Shown here: piece after piece, positions 1 through 10,704 of the stretch
Layout: every line of letters starts with the position of its first letter
Position numbering within the stretch: the first letter of the stretch is position 1
Source of the DNA: Lingula anatina
Lineage: Eukaryota; Animalia; Brachiopoda
Length of the DNA stretch: 64,000 bases
Assembly: GCA_051362555.1 (NCBI GenBank)
Contig: CM120643.1
Span: forward strand, 10,230,001-10,294,000
Direction: 5' to 3'
The notes under the pieces: generated by a model
What the model was told of the DNA's origin: nothing
The model's database searches: none
The model's input: the letters and a program-made list of their open reading frames with translations, nothing else
Translations under genes and position numbers: made by a program

Positions 1-1072
1 CTTGGAGATATAGCCGGAAACGTGACGAGATCATCAACGTAACAGATAGTGATATTCGATGCCGTTTTGGACAATAAGGTCATGCTAATCACTGGGAGAA
101 ACTGAATGGTGAAGCTACACCAAAACAGAAACTTGATCTATTATGCCTGTTTGTAAAACTTCGTCACTATTAGCGGTCATTCTTTTAGAGCATAATCAAT
201 TCAAATTCACCAGAATATTCGTTGCAAATCGGTGAAACAAAAAGGACTGAAAAAAAATCCTTTAAGAAAAAGTAGTTTTTAATTTCACTTTCACAAACAC
301 TAATTTGGGTACCTACTTCATAATGATAGTGAAAGGTAAGACATATCTTTATACTGACAATCAAATAAAAGTAAACTCGTTTTTTCATATTTTTAGAACA
401 CATGCAATATAGTTTCCTTGCGACTTCATAATCATGCACATATTTTTAAACTCTGCAAAATCTGTTTTGAAACATATGCCTTTTGAACATCTTCCACAGA
501 ATGTATTGGAAGAATAATATGTGTAACAGTTTTGTTTTCCATCTCACTAAAAAGTACTAAATAAAAGATGATTGCTAAAAATTATCAATATTTCATCAGA
601 TTTAGCATTTAAAACTGATCATTCATTTCCGGCTGATAAAGTAACATAATACAAGTCATATTCTGTTCATAAGCATTTTATTATAGATTTAATAAGGCAC
701 AGATATTGAAATGCAAATAAAAATGTTAACACCTTTAGATACCACTGACTGTTACACAATCACAACAGATAGGTAATTTATTTAGGAGTACTAGTTTCAC
801 ATGACTAAGAATTATAGCATTTTCCCCCTATTTTGACTTGTTTCAACATTAATATCTCATTCAATAAAAATTATGCACGTGATGATAATATTTATCTATT
901 GTTAAGAGCACTACTGACTAATTCCAACCTAGACTTGACTTCAGAGTTTACAGAAGGGAGACAATTTATAGTGATATATTTGTTTTTCATGAAGAACAAC
1001 ATATGGCTAGTTTCATGGTGGTTCATTTGCTGAAATATCAATGTGCCTGTCAGGTTCTTGAGTAGCACCGAG

Positions 1073-2820
1073 TTAACTTGACAGAGGTACGTCGTCATCA
1101 GAATCACTTCCATTGCAACATATATCTGAAAAAAAATATTATCACACAGTTAAAAAGATGCTGACGTGTTAATTGCTCATGTTATGTTAAAGTCCACTGT
1201 ACGGACAACACTGACCTAGCTTTTCCTGCACTTGTAAAACTATCGAGCAAAAATTAAATATTTAATTTCCGGCAGCTTACCATTTTGCTTATTTAATACA
1301 TCTGTGTGTCTTTTTGATTGTTTACAATCACTTTGCAAACTTGACAGTGGTGCATCTAAATCATCTGCAACACTTGCATTATGACATTCACCCGAAATAA
1401 TAAAATAATATTTTACTGTCAAAAAGGTTCTGACATGTGCTAGTCTCTTATTATTTGTCATTTGTATAATTCCACTCAATCCACTGTGGTGATTGCACCT
1501 GCCTTTTTATATCCGATACTGGTAATAATGTTGTCGGTACAGTGGAAATATCTTACTGAGCATGACACACAAGGGACAGATTGATAGTGCCCATGTATGT
1601 AAGACATTTTACTTTCAACTCCATAAACTAAAAAGTTCTAGTTATAGACCAGAAAGCTTACCTTTTGATTTTGCTGCCAGATTTTGCTCTTTATTTTTTC
1701 TCCTGCGGGCCTTGATCCATTTTAATGGCATCTGAAAACAAAAAATAAAAATAAGGATGTGAGGCACATTTTCACGCAATCTTCTCATTACTTAGGTATA
1801 AATCCTGGATAAAAATATCACCAGTTGTAGTCCCCGCCATCTTGTTTTATTGTCATCTTTACCGATAAATATTTCTAAGAAAAAAAACTAAATTTGAGCT
1901 AAGTTTGACCCTACGACCTTCCACTACTTTTTTAGATGAACACAGGTTAACTGCCAATGCATAGTACAGATCTAATTTCGTGTTCGGTTGTACATTTGAA
2001 GCCCATCGATAACAAAAGTCGCCGCCATCTTGTTTTATTGTCATTTTTACCGTTAAATATTCCTAAGAAAAAAAGCTTAAGTTTAGCTAAGTTTGACCCT
2101 ACGACCTTCTACTACTTTTTTAGATGAACACAGTTTAACTGCCAATGCATAGTACAGATCTAATTTCGTGTTCGGCTGTGCATTTGAAGCCCATCGATAA
2201 CAAAAGTCGCCGCCATCTTGTGTTATTGTCATTTTTACCGTTAAATATTCCTAAGAAAAAAAGCTAAATTTTAGCTAAGTTTGACCCTACGACCTTCCAC
2301 TACTTTTTTAGATGGACACAGTTAAACTGCCAACGCATTGTATAGATCCACTTTCGTGTTCGGCTGTGCATTTTAACCCCGGCGATTATGATCAGCACCG
2401 CCATTTTGCTTTATTGCCCGAAGTATTGTTTAAATTTTCATAGAAAACTAAGCTACTATAAATTAAATTATCAACCAATAAAACGACAGTGTTATTCAGT
2501 CATCAGTAATATAAAAACCAACGTACATAAAGTTAAACTCCCCGTGTTAGACCTTAGGTAACAAAGCATTCAAACTCGCTTGTCTGTCGCCATATTGCTA
2601 ATTTGAATGCAACAACGGATTGAAGGCAAATTTTCACGATAATATCTGCTCCAAAATATTGCATATTTTACACACAAGTGAACCCTGTTAGTTTTCCCTT
2701 CTGCACATACATTCTCAGAGAAACTACAAGACTAAAAGAGGTAATTTACCTACCTTGAAATCGCCCACATGCAACAGAGCTCTACCTGCGCACGATCACA
2801 ACGCGACTGACTACTTCCGC
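1073..2820 (-). other. Putative small spliced transcript (lncRNA, micropeptide or transposon-derived gene remnant)
   Basis: Minus-strand donor AAG|GTAGGT near 2755 downstream of a CpG-rich stretch with CGGAAGT; clean exon 1731-1662 (ttttcag|ATG...AAAG|gtaag); acceptor ttttcag| at 1125. Joining exons 2 and 3 gives MPLKWIKARRRKNKEQNLAAKSKDICCNGSDSDDDVPLSS* (40 aa). Confidence 0.4.
1835..2600. repeat. 188-bp tandem repeat (3 similar copies plus diverged flanking units), each unit starting with CGCCAT
   Basis: CGCCAT at 1835, 2023, 2211, 2399 and 2588. Units 1-3 align along their length (tttgaccctacgacctt, tagatgaacacag, tttcgtgttcgg). Confidence 0.9.
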
Positions 2821-3095
2821 CGTACGAACGTCTTTCCACAGTTAATCGGATTACCCTTTGAAGAATTGCCGAGTGTCCAATCTTTGGTATATTAGATCTT
2901 AGTTTTAAGTTAGTATATGTAAACCGACTTTCGTTCTTTTCTTATGTGTAAGTTAAGTGCCCGATTAAGAACTTAATGTTTCAAAGACATGCAAATGGAA
3001 CCGGAGAAGGGAGAGGATTAAAATTTAAACGTTATATTTTAATACTTGTATGAAAGAAGATATTTAGTATGTGTGAAGTTGCAAGCACGCGCGCG

Positions 3096-3097
<2 letters not shown>

Positions 3098-3129
<32 letters not shown>

Positions 3130-3145
3130 TGTGTGTGTGTGTGTG
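3098..3145. repeat. (TG)n microsatellite
   Basis: Direct inspection. Confidence 0.95.
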
Positions 3146-3337
3146 CGTTTGTCAAATATAAATAGGTGAAGTACAGTATTTTATACACTGTGTAAACGTG
3201 TATACAAATAGCATGGCAGCGTATCATCGGCTCGACACACACCATAAATACTTTTTTCAAGAACAAGCCTCCCGAAGCATGCCATTTTTACCTAAAACAG
3301 TCGCCTCCCAACCTCCCCCCCCCTCTCTCTCTCTCTC

Positions 3338-6300
3338 CCCAGATAGCAAGCATACGTTGGGCCAACGTAGGGGAATCGTTGGTTTGTTGGCACATAGTTG
3401 GCGTTGGTAGTAATACGTTGGCCCAACGTTGGCCCAACCACATCATAATATGCACAACATAACTGCAATATGCTCACGTTGGCCCAACGTTGGGCCAACG
3501 TGTGCATATTTGTTGCATACGTTGGCCTAACGTTGGGCCAACGTATCCAATTAACAACTCAATAGAAATGAATAATGTTTCTGTTATAATAAAAATGTTT
3601 CTGTTCACAACTGAGAATCACATGTGCTTATCTATTGATCAGTAACATATAGTTTTTAGGATTAAATTTTTTTTTTATTAAGAGTTTGTCAAATTCCTTG
3701 GGCTAAAAAACAGTGTTCTACTTTTATTTGTCTTCCAAGCTATATACTCTCATATATATATATTTTTCATTTTGTCTTTTTTTCTGAATGGATATAGTAT
3801 ATAGTACATAGACTTCACCTATAAAAAAATTACTGAGTGAACAGATTTATATTTTTAAATAATGCTGTGAAACATATTTATTATTATTGCTATTATTATT
3901 ATTGTTATTGAAATCAGACAAATGATTGAAATCTTATTATAATGTACAATTGCTCAATATATAAATTTTAAACTTTATAGTTAGCATCAATTGACTTTTG
4001 ATTAAAGTACACTGGTAACTTTCACTGGACCAGATTCATTACAAGCCAGGTGTTTATCTTAACTGTCAGTTTGATATAAACAGTTTGCCTACTGCCTGCT
4101 CAAACAGGTCAAACAACTATACATAGCACAGTCTTAAGCGCGCTGACCGTTGAGCCAATTCAAAAATCTAAGCCAGAAGGTCAGAAATGTTCTAAGGAAG
4201 AGGCAAGAATTACGGCTGAAAGCATTGGTTTCTGGATATAGAAAGAAGACATCTTTTTGGAAATTAGAAAATGAAGAGATAAAGAGACAGGATAAGAAGT
4301 GAGCATGTACTGGTAAGTGAATTTTTAATTGTGTATTTTCCCATTATTTACTGATGCACCAGGATCCATACAGCCTTGAAAAGTGTTCAAATTTAGTCCA
4401 GCACTTTGGACTAGTTTAAATGTAACTAGTTTAATGGCTCTAGTTTAAATGTAACTTTGAAAAGTACTTGAAAATGCTATTAGGCTTGAAAAAGGTTTGC
4501 ATTTCAGCATTTTGTCTTTGTAAAAATATTATTTAAAACTTTGTAGTTTATTGAGATGAATACAGACAATAATTCACAGATGGGGGTAATATCTTTTAAT
4601 ACATCATTACTTGTACTTTTATTTTCAACTTTTCATCATCAATGTGTTACAAAGACAAAGTTTAAATGAAATGAGTCATTTTTCCTTTGGTATGTACACT
4701 TTAATATAACTGTATTAATGTATAACTTGCCCTCATTAGTTAAAATCATTGAAAATGATTTGATTTAGAGCCTTAAAAGTCCTTGGAAGCCAATTGTTCT
4801 TATGTGTCTGTATGAATCCTGGCCAGTAAATTCTGTGATAGAGTTGTTGGAATGATTAAATGATGTGGAATTTAGTGGTACATTACAGTTGTCTAAAAAC
4901 TGAATTCATGGTCAAGTGTACACGTAAGAACTAATTTAAATAAATCACTATAAATTACTGCACACAAGACACACACTTTTAAAGTTAAGACATTGGCTTT
5001 TGCCTAACTTAGAAAAGGTGGGGAGATTATCATATAATACACACCTACTAGTACTAGTTTGTATATGAAATATGGGGGAAGAGGTACAGTCATGTTATGT
5101 ACCATACCAATTCTAGCATTATATTTCAAGTGTTTTTAATATTTAAATTTGTAGGTGCAGCACACTCTTCTGTGACTGTTCAGAAAAAGATGTTGAAGAT
5201 ACACCTAACTAATCGTGCTTTGCCAAAGATCATGCAGGTGCAGGACAGGAAAGAGAGAAAAAACACAAGATTTAACTCATATGACCACTGATTTGATTTT
5301 TAAAGAGACAATGTCTGAGATTTTGCCTGACGGAAGAGACTGTGATTTTATAGACTTGACATATAACTTATGAAAGTTCCTATGAAAAGCATCTTACCTG
5401 ACATTAACAAGGGTTTCAGGTTTAAAATTTAATTTAATGAAAATGTTTTTAAAAATTGAAATGGGGCAAAAAAAGACTTTACTAGTAGAAAAATGCCTTG
5501 ACTCCAGGAATAAGGTGAAAAGTCATAGGACTGTTAAAATTTTTTTGATGTGAATCATGTAACAATTGATATAAGACACACTTATTAATGTTTAAATTTA
5601 ATATTATAATATCTTATAAAAATTTTCTTTGTTGTCTTTTTGTATTATATTTCAATTCACATATCATTATTTAGTTGGTGTAATGTATTTGTTTTATGTA
5701 ATGTTATGAATTAATTAAACAGTTCAAAATATATCACTAATCTTTTTGTTTCAACTACAATTATTAATTGACAATTTTCCAGGTGTAGTGTAAATGATCA
5801 CAGGCAGATCAAGTCCTCTGAAGGATTCATCCCTTAGAAACCTTGCCAATTTTTCAGCCATATCTTGCAGTTTGCAGATTTCAGATGCTCAAGATATTTC
5901 ATCAGGACATTGATCTGCCTGTGCATCAGATGTGTAATTACAGTGCCCTACTACCTATGTGATTCAAAAAAAAAAAAAAGATTTTGCCTTTAGCTCAATG
6001 TTGGGTTACTGTAAATCACTGTGCCCCTGGTTTTAGGTTGGGTCATAATTTGTGCAAATTGCAGATAACTTGGTGACCAGTTGGCCTACCATTGGGCCAA
6101 CGCGGATACATTGTTGGTTTGAGGTTGGGTAATTGTTGGACTGATGTTGGTTATTAGTAGAACCAACGTAATTGCACTGTTGGTTACAGGTTGGGTAATT
6201 GTTGGACCAATGTTGGTTATTAGTTGGCCTAATGTAGGGCCAACGCAGTTTGGTTGGGTAATCGTTGGACTGATGTTGGTTATTAGTAGGACCAACGTAA

Positions 6301-6539
6301 ATGCACTGTTGGTTACAGGTTGGGTAATTGTTGGACCAATGTTGGTTATTAGTTGGCCCAATGTAGGGCCAACGCAGTTTGGTTGGGAATACGTTGGCAA
6401 TGCGTTGGCATTAAAAAGACGTTCAGCCAACCGTTGGCCAAAGTGAGCACTTAGATGGAAACCCAACGTTGGGCCAACGTTGCATGGTCAACCAAGGCAA
6501 CGTTGGGCCAACGTTGGCCCAACGTATGCATGCTATCTG

Positions 6540-6541
<2 letters not shown>
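3338..6541. mobile_element. Non-autonomous CMC/EnSpm (CACTA-like) DNA transposon, about 3.2 kb
   Basis: 31-bp TIR CCCAGATAGCAAGCATACGTTGGGCCAACGT at 3338 and its reverse complement (1 mismatch) ending at 6541; 2-bp TSD TC inside a (TC)n tract; dense palindromic subterminal GTTGG(G/C)CCAAC motifs at both ends; no intact transposase ORF. Confidence 0.85.
6123..6390. repeat. 129-bp subterminal tandem repeat (2 copies) of the EnSpm element
   Basis: Unit starts GGTTGGG at 6123, 6252 and 6381; copies nearly identical. Confidence 0.9.
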
Positions 6542-6588
<47 letters not shown>

Positions 6589-6872
6589 AAGGGCCTGCGC
6601 TGAAATGCAGGCTGCCGATTTCAGTGAGCCAGGCTTACGGATTATGCTGATATTATTGGTTGACATGACCAAATTCCACGCTTATTGTTTCCATAACATG
6701 TGATGCAAATGTTAAAGAGGTGCATGGAGAATCAAGTGCAGAATGGACTGGCACAGCTGATGATGAGTGCAACGTTGTGAAGTCTCGTTGCAGCAGTGAA
6801 TATATCCCAGAGAAACTGTATGTTTTATTTGTCCCATGAAGGTTGGGTGGGGCTGGGGATAAAGTGGCAGTT

Positions 6873-7039
6873 CAGGCCCGTAGCCAGAAATTTCAAAAGG
6901 GGGGTTCTTTTTCCAAAAAAGTGGACCTTTTACAACAACAACATTGTGTACCTTGATTAAAGTTTACCTAGAGAGGACCTTTTCCCGGCAAAAAGGGGGG
7001 TTCCTTCGAACTCCCCGAACTCCCCTGGCTACGGGCCTG
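6873..7039. mobile_element. hAT-like MITE family A, copy 1 (5-bp TSD)
   Basis: TIR CAGGCCCGTAGCCAG...CTGGCTACGGGCCTG; flanks cagtt/gagtt (one mismatch). Confidence 0.85.
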
Positions 7040-7344
7040 GAGTTATAATCGTATAGAGGACAGTAGCAGTCAGTGCTTTTAAATTCGCTGCATCTTGCTC
7101 TGAAGCATTCTTTTATAGGCAAATTGTTCTTCTTTAAAATAAAGGGGGTTGAACTCCCAAACCGAAAGTACCAGTAGAAGTAGGCCTTCTGGCATTTCTT
7201 CTCTATTATACACAGTTTACTTGGATCCACTTATCATAATATGTACACGGAGTACTACAAATTTACCCATGAAATAAAGCACAGATCCTGAATTTACTTA
7301 CCCCCCGACTTTGCTGAGCCGTCTTTTTTTGTACACTTTTTTGT

Positions 7345-7490
7345 GACACTTACCGCGTATATCATCTAACCTGCACCAGACGACCGTTAGGCGATGTACC
7401 AGGAGAACGCGCGCCATCTACCGGGACAAGCTTTAACAAGACATTGGTTTGCTATCACAAAACGCGTCAATTCCTTCGATGTGCAAACCG
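7345..7490 (-). promoter_or_regulatory. CpG-rich element with CTCF-like motif and an orphan minus-strand donor
   Basis: CGCGCCATCTACCGG at 7410-7424 (reverse complement CCGGTAGATGGCGCG) resembles the CTCF core; CG|GTAAGT donor near 7353; locally elevated CpG. Confidence 0.4.
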
Positions 7491-8379
7491 CAACTTTAGA
7501 ATAAATGATTATAATTAGAGGTCGGTGATGCGCTTCGGCTTTGGTGCAAGTTTATAGGAAAACAACAATTTTTAGTCAGTATATGTGGCCTAGGGTATAT
7601 GTGCCAATTGTTTTTCCAACAGCCATCTGCATTATTTTGGAAATTTAAATGAAATTTAATGAATTATGCGCATTTTTATTAAATATCTATGTCATAAGCG
7701 TTAAAACATTCAACAAGGGGGTATTATTTTCCCGTTTAGAAATATTTTGAACTGCATATAAAACGAACCTTTCATATAAACTTCATCAAAACTGCAGACA
7801 AGCAACAAACAAACCGCATATCTTTTTCTTCAGTTTATTCCCTAACCTCCCAATTTGTTCAAGGCGGGACATGAATATTGAGTGAAAAAAAGTTGCTACC
7901 AGCGAAGCGTCAATTTTGATATATTTAATAATAATAAATATTTAAATCAAATTTACTCTCTTATCAATGTGCAAGGAGCTTGGATTGAAAGCCTTCATTC
8001 TGGTATCAGAAATACTGGCATTTACTGGTTATAAATGAACGTTGGACCTATCACAGAACTTTACAAAAACCATTCATTTTAAGACGTTCAAAACAATCCA
8101 AGTTCAACATGGAATGTTGAAGATTTACCAAAATCACCGTGGTGATGATCTTCACTTTAGTTTAATAAGGTGAGTTAAAATGCATCTGTATAGATCAAGT
8201 TAAAATGCGTATAAATACACCCAAACTTTCAGCAAATGTGCCTTCAGGGCCTGTTAAATAAATAGATTAAAATTTTTGATACAAAAAGAAAAAGATTTCA
8301 TAGGCTCTGCATAACCCGTTAATGAGTGTTGGTAGCTTAAGTCACGCACGTGAAGTCATCATCTGTGAATCAAATAAAT

Positions 8380-9030
8380 ACTTTATTCGCAATGGAATGT
8401 ACATGTATAATTTAACTAACAAACAATCTTCATTATAATATTGCATTGCTAATGCTAAATTATATATATAATATGTAAGGAAGCGCTGGTCACAGGGCAT
8501 TGAACCCATTTACGGGTAATGATAACCATAGATATGCTGTTACAAATGGCAAACATCTAGATTCCTTACACAGTCATCAGTCTTGTATTAGTGACGAGTT
8601 TTACACAATCAAAATTTTTCTCGTAAGATAATCCAGCTACCTCCCCCTCCAACGTTCCCAGTGCGTGAAGGCTTTACTGATGTAAGCTAAATCACAATAA
8701 GTTATAAAATAATAAATTACCTTGCTGTACAGAACTGGCATTATAATGTAAAATGTAATAATTCTAACTATACACATCACATATGTAAAGCACAATTAAA
8801 AGTTGCGTTCTGCGCATGAAAAATCAATGGCTCATAACATCAATGGGCCTATACATTAATGTGAACAAAATCCATTTCAATGATGACAATGCCCCTGAGA
8901 ACGGTACAATACGTTTTGAAAAAAGTCCCACTTAGTTTTCACCAATTTCGTTTACATCTTCGTTGTCACCAATTTCCAAGCAAAGCTCAGTGATGATACA
9001 ATTAGTCATATTTATGGATAACAGTAAGAA
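8380..9030 (-). mobile_element. Degenerate LINE (CR1/L2-like) ORF2 3' fragment
   Basis: Broken minus-strand frames resemble the ORF2 C-terminus (YEK.FDCVKTRH*YKT...CLP...YGY), ending near a polyA-signal-like TTTATT at about 8382. Many stops and frameshifts; recognised from memory of the family only. Confidence 0.35.
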
Positions 9031-9931
9031 GTATTTTTCCAACTCTTCTTTTCCCAGATGTAACTACTGTAAAATTGCGTTATTTTGCACCAAATAAAAC
9101 ACCACTTAAAATAAGAGCAGTTATGACTTAAAACAGTATTGATGCTTTTTAAGAGTAAAAACAACATCGACAATTCAAGTTAACAGCACTTGCAGTGACT
9201 TGCAATTTTTGTTTTTACATTTAGAAATGCAAGTCATTAAAATAATCAATAAAAAAACCATGCATTACAAAAATAACATTATTTTGCAAATTTCTCAATA
9301 ATTATATATTTTTACAAACCAAGTCAGATATTTTGAGAATGCATGAACCATTTCTGTAATTATCAGTAAAATGAATTGACTTTTGCCACCATAAATTAAA
9401 TCTCAATTTGTGTTATTCATGCAAGCAAAAGCAATATGATAAAAGAAGAATGATCAAATAATTTTCCACAAAATGAAATCCTTATTCTATTGGTAACCAT
9501 CGATAAAAACAAGCACTTATTAAAATAGATTAATGTCAATTTCCACATGCATCCTAATTCTGGGACCTCACGTGTTTTCCCAAATGTTAAAAATTGTAAC
9601 TCTGACTGCTCAACCAATGAACAAATGCAAAGCAGAGGTAAAAAATGACTAAAATTAAACACAGACCTTGGCCACCAAACAACCGTTTACCTTTGCACAA
9701 GCTGTGAAAACAATAATAATAATAAAAACATAATATATATACAAATTTGTGAACATGCCACATCGGCATTTCACTTAATGAACTAAATAATTTTAAAATG
9801 CTGCCAATGGAAGACACAATCAGGACTTATTAGGATTGCCATCACTCATTGATAAAAATAATTACAAAAATATTCACAGACGCTGCCTTGGCGATGTAGG
9901 AGTTGTATCAGGATAGAGGAAAATATGTCAA

Positions 9932-10671
9932 CTAACTTTGCTGTGTAACAAGTGTCTGTGAAAATCTTGTTCCTAAGTGTGGCATAATGCGCTCATTCTG
10001 AAAGAAAACGGATCAGATTTTTACAGATTCATCTTAAAAATCACCAATTAGAAAAAATAAAATGGAGGTGACCAAATGGGGCCCAGTATTGACCACACAG
10101 TCAGTTAAGTGACGGAAATGATATTAATCAACTTTGCAAAATAATCATTCCAGATAAAATAATTTTTGCCTGTCTTATGGGATAACAAGAGGAGTATCTA
10201 AAGCTTTGTTCTTGTTGGTTAGAAAAATTAAAAATATATATAATAATAATAACAACCAAAAAAGACAATAAATAAATAAATAAAACTTACCTCAACCAAC
10301 ATTCCAATGCAGTATTTCTCCAACATCATGGTGGCGTGGCGGGAATGGCCTTTTTCCTCGAAGGCGTATGTGCAATCTCTTCCTCCATGTTCAAGGATGA
10401 TGTCTTCACCACCAGGGTGCTGGTAATAAAAAAAATCCAGTGTATTAGGTTTAAATCACCTTCATTTGATACTTTATTGTTCCAAAGAGTAAAATAGCAT
10501 ATCTTATTCCCTTATATTCCATATATATTAAAGGTGGTCTTTTAGTTTCCATTTATTTTTTTTTTTATTTCTATGTCCATTTTTAAAAAATTGTTTTAAA
10601 TGTAACTGAGTACGCATGCACCTCAGAACTTTTTCTCTACATATTGTGTTAACCTGCCATAATTCTTTTCT

Positions 10672-10704
<33 letters not shown>

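Noticed and set aside
3350-3545. Palindromic GTTGGGCCAAC repeats with variable spacers resembling a CRISPR array
   Set aside because: Irregular spacing, eukaryotic context, no cas genes, and the same motifs are mirrored at 6080-6530 as transposon subterminal repeats.
6086-6466. 126-aa and 100-aa repetitive ORFs on both strands
   Set aside because: Products of the 129-bp subterminal tandem repeat, whose length is a multiple of 3.
7518-8253. Possible Kolobok/Crypton-like element with AGG...CCT ends
   Set aside because: Terminal match is too degenerate and TTAA flanks are imperfect; cannot be supported without a repeat library.
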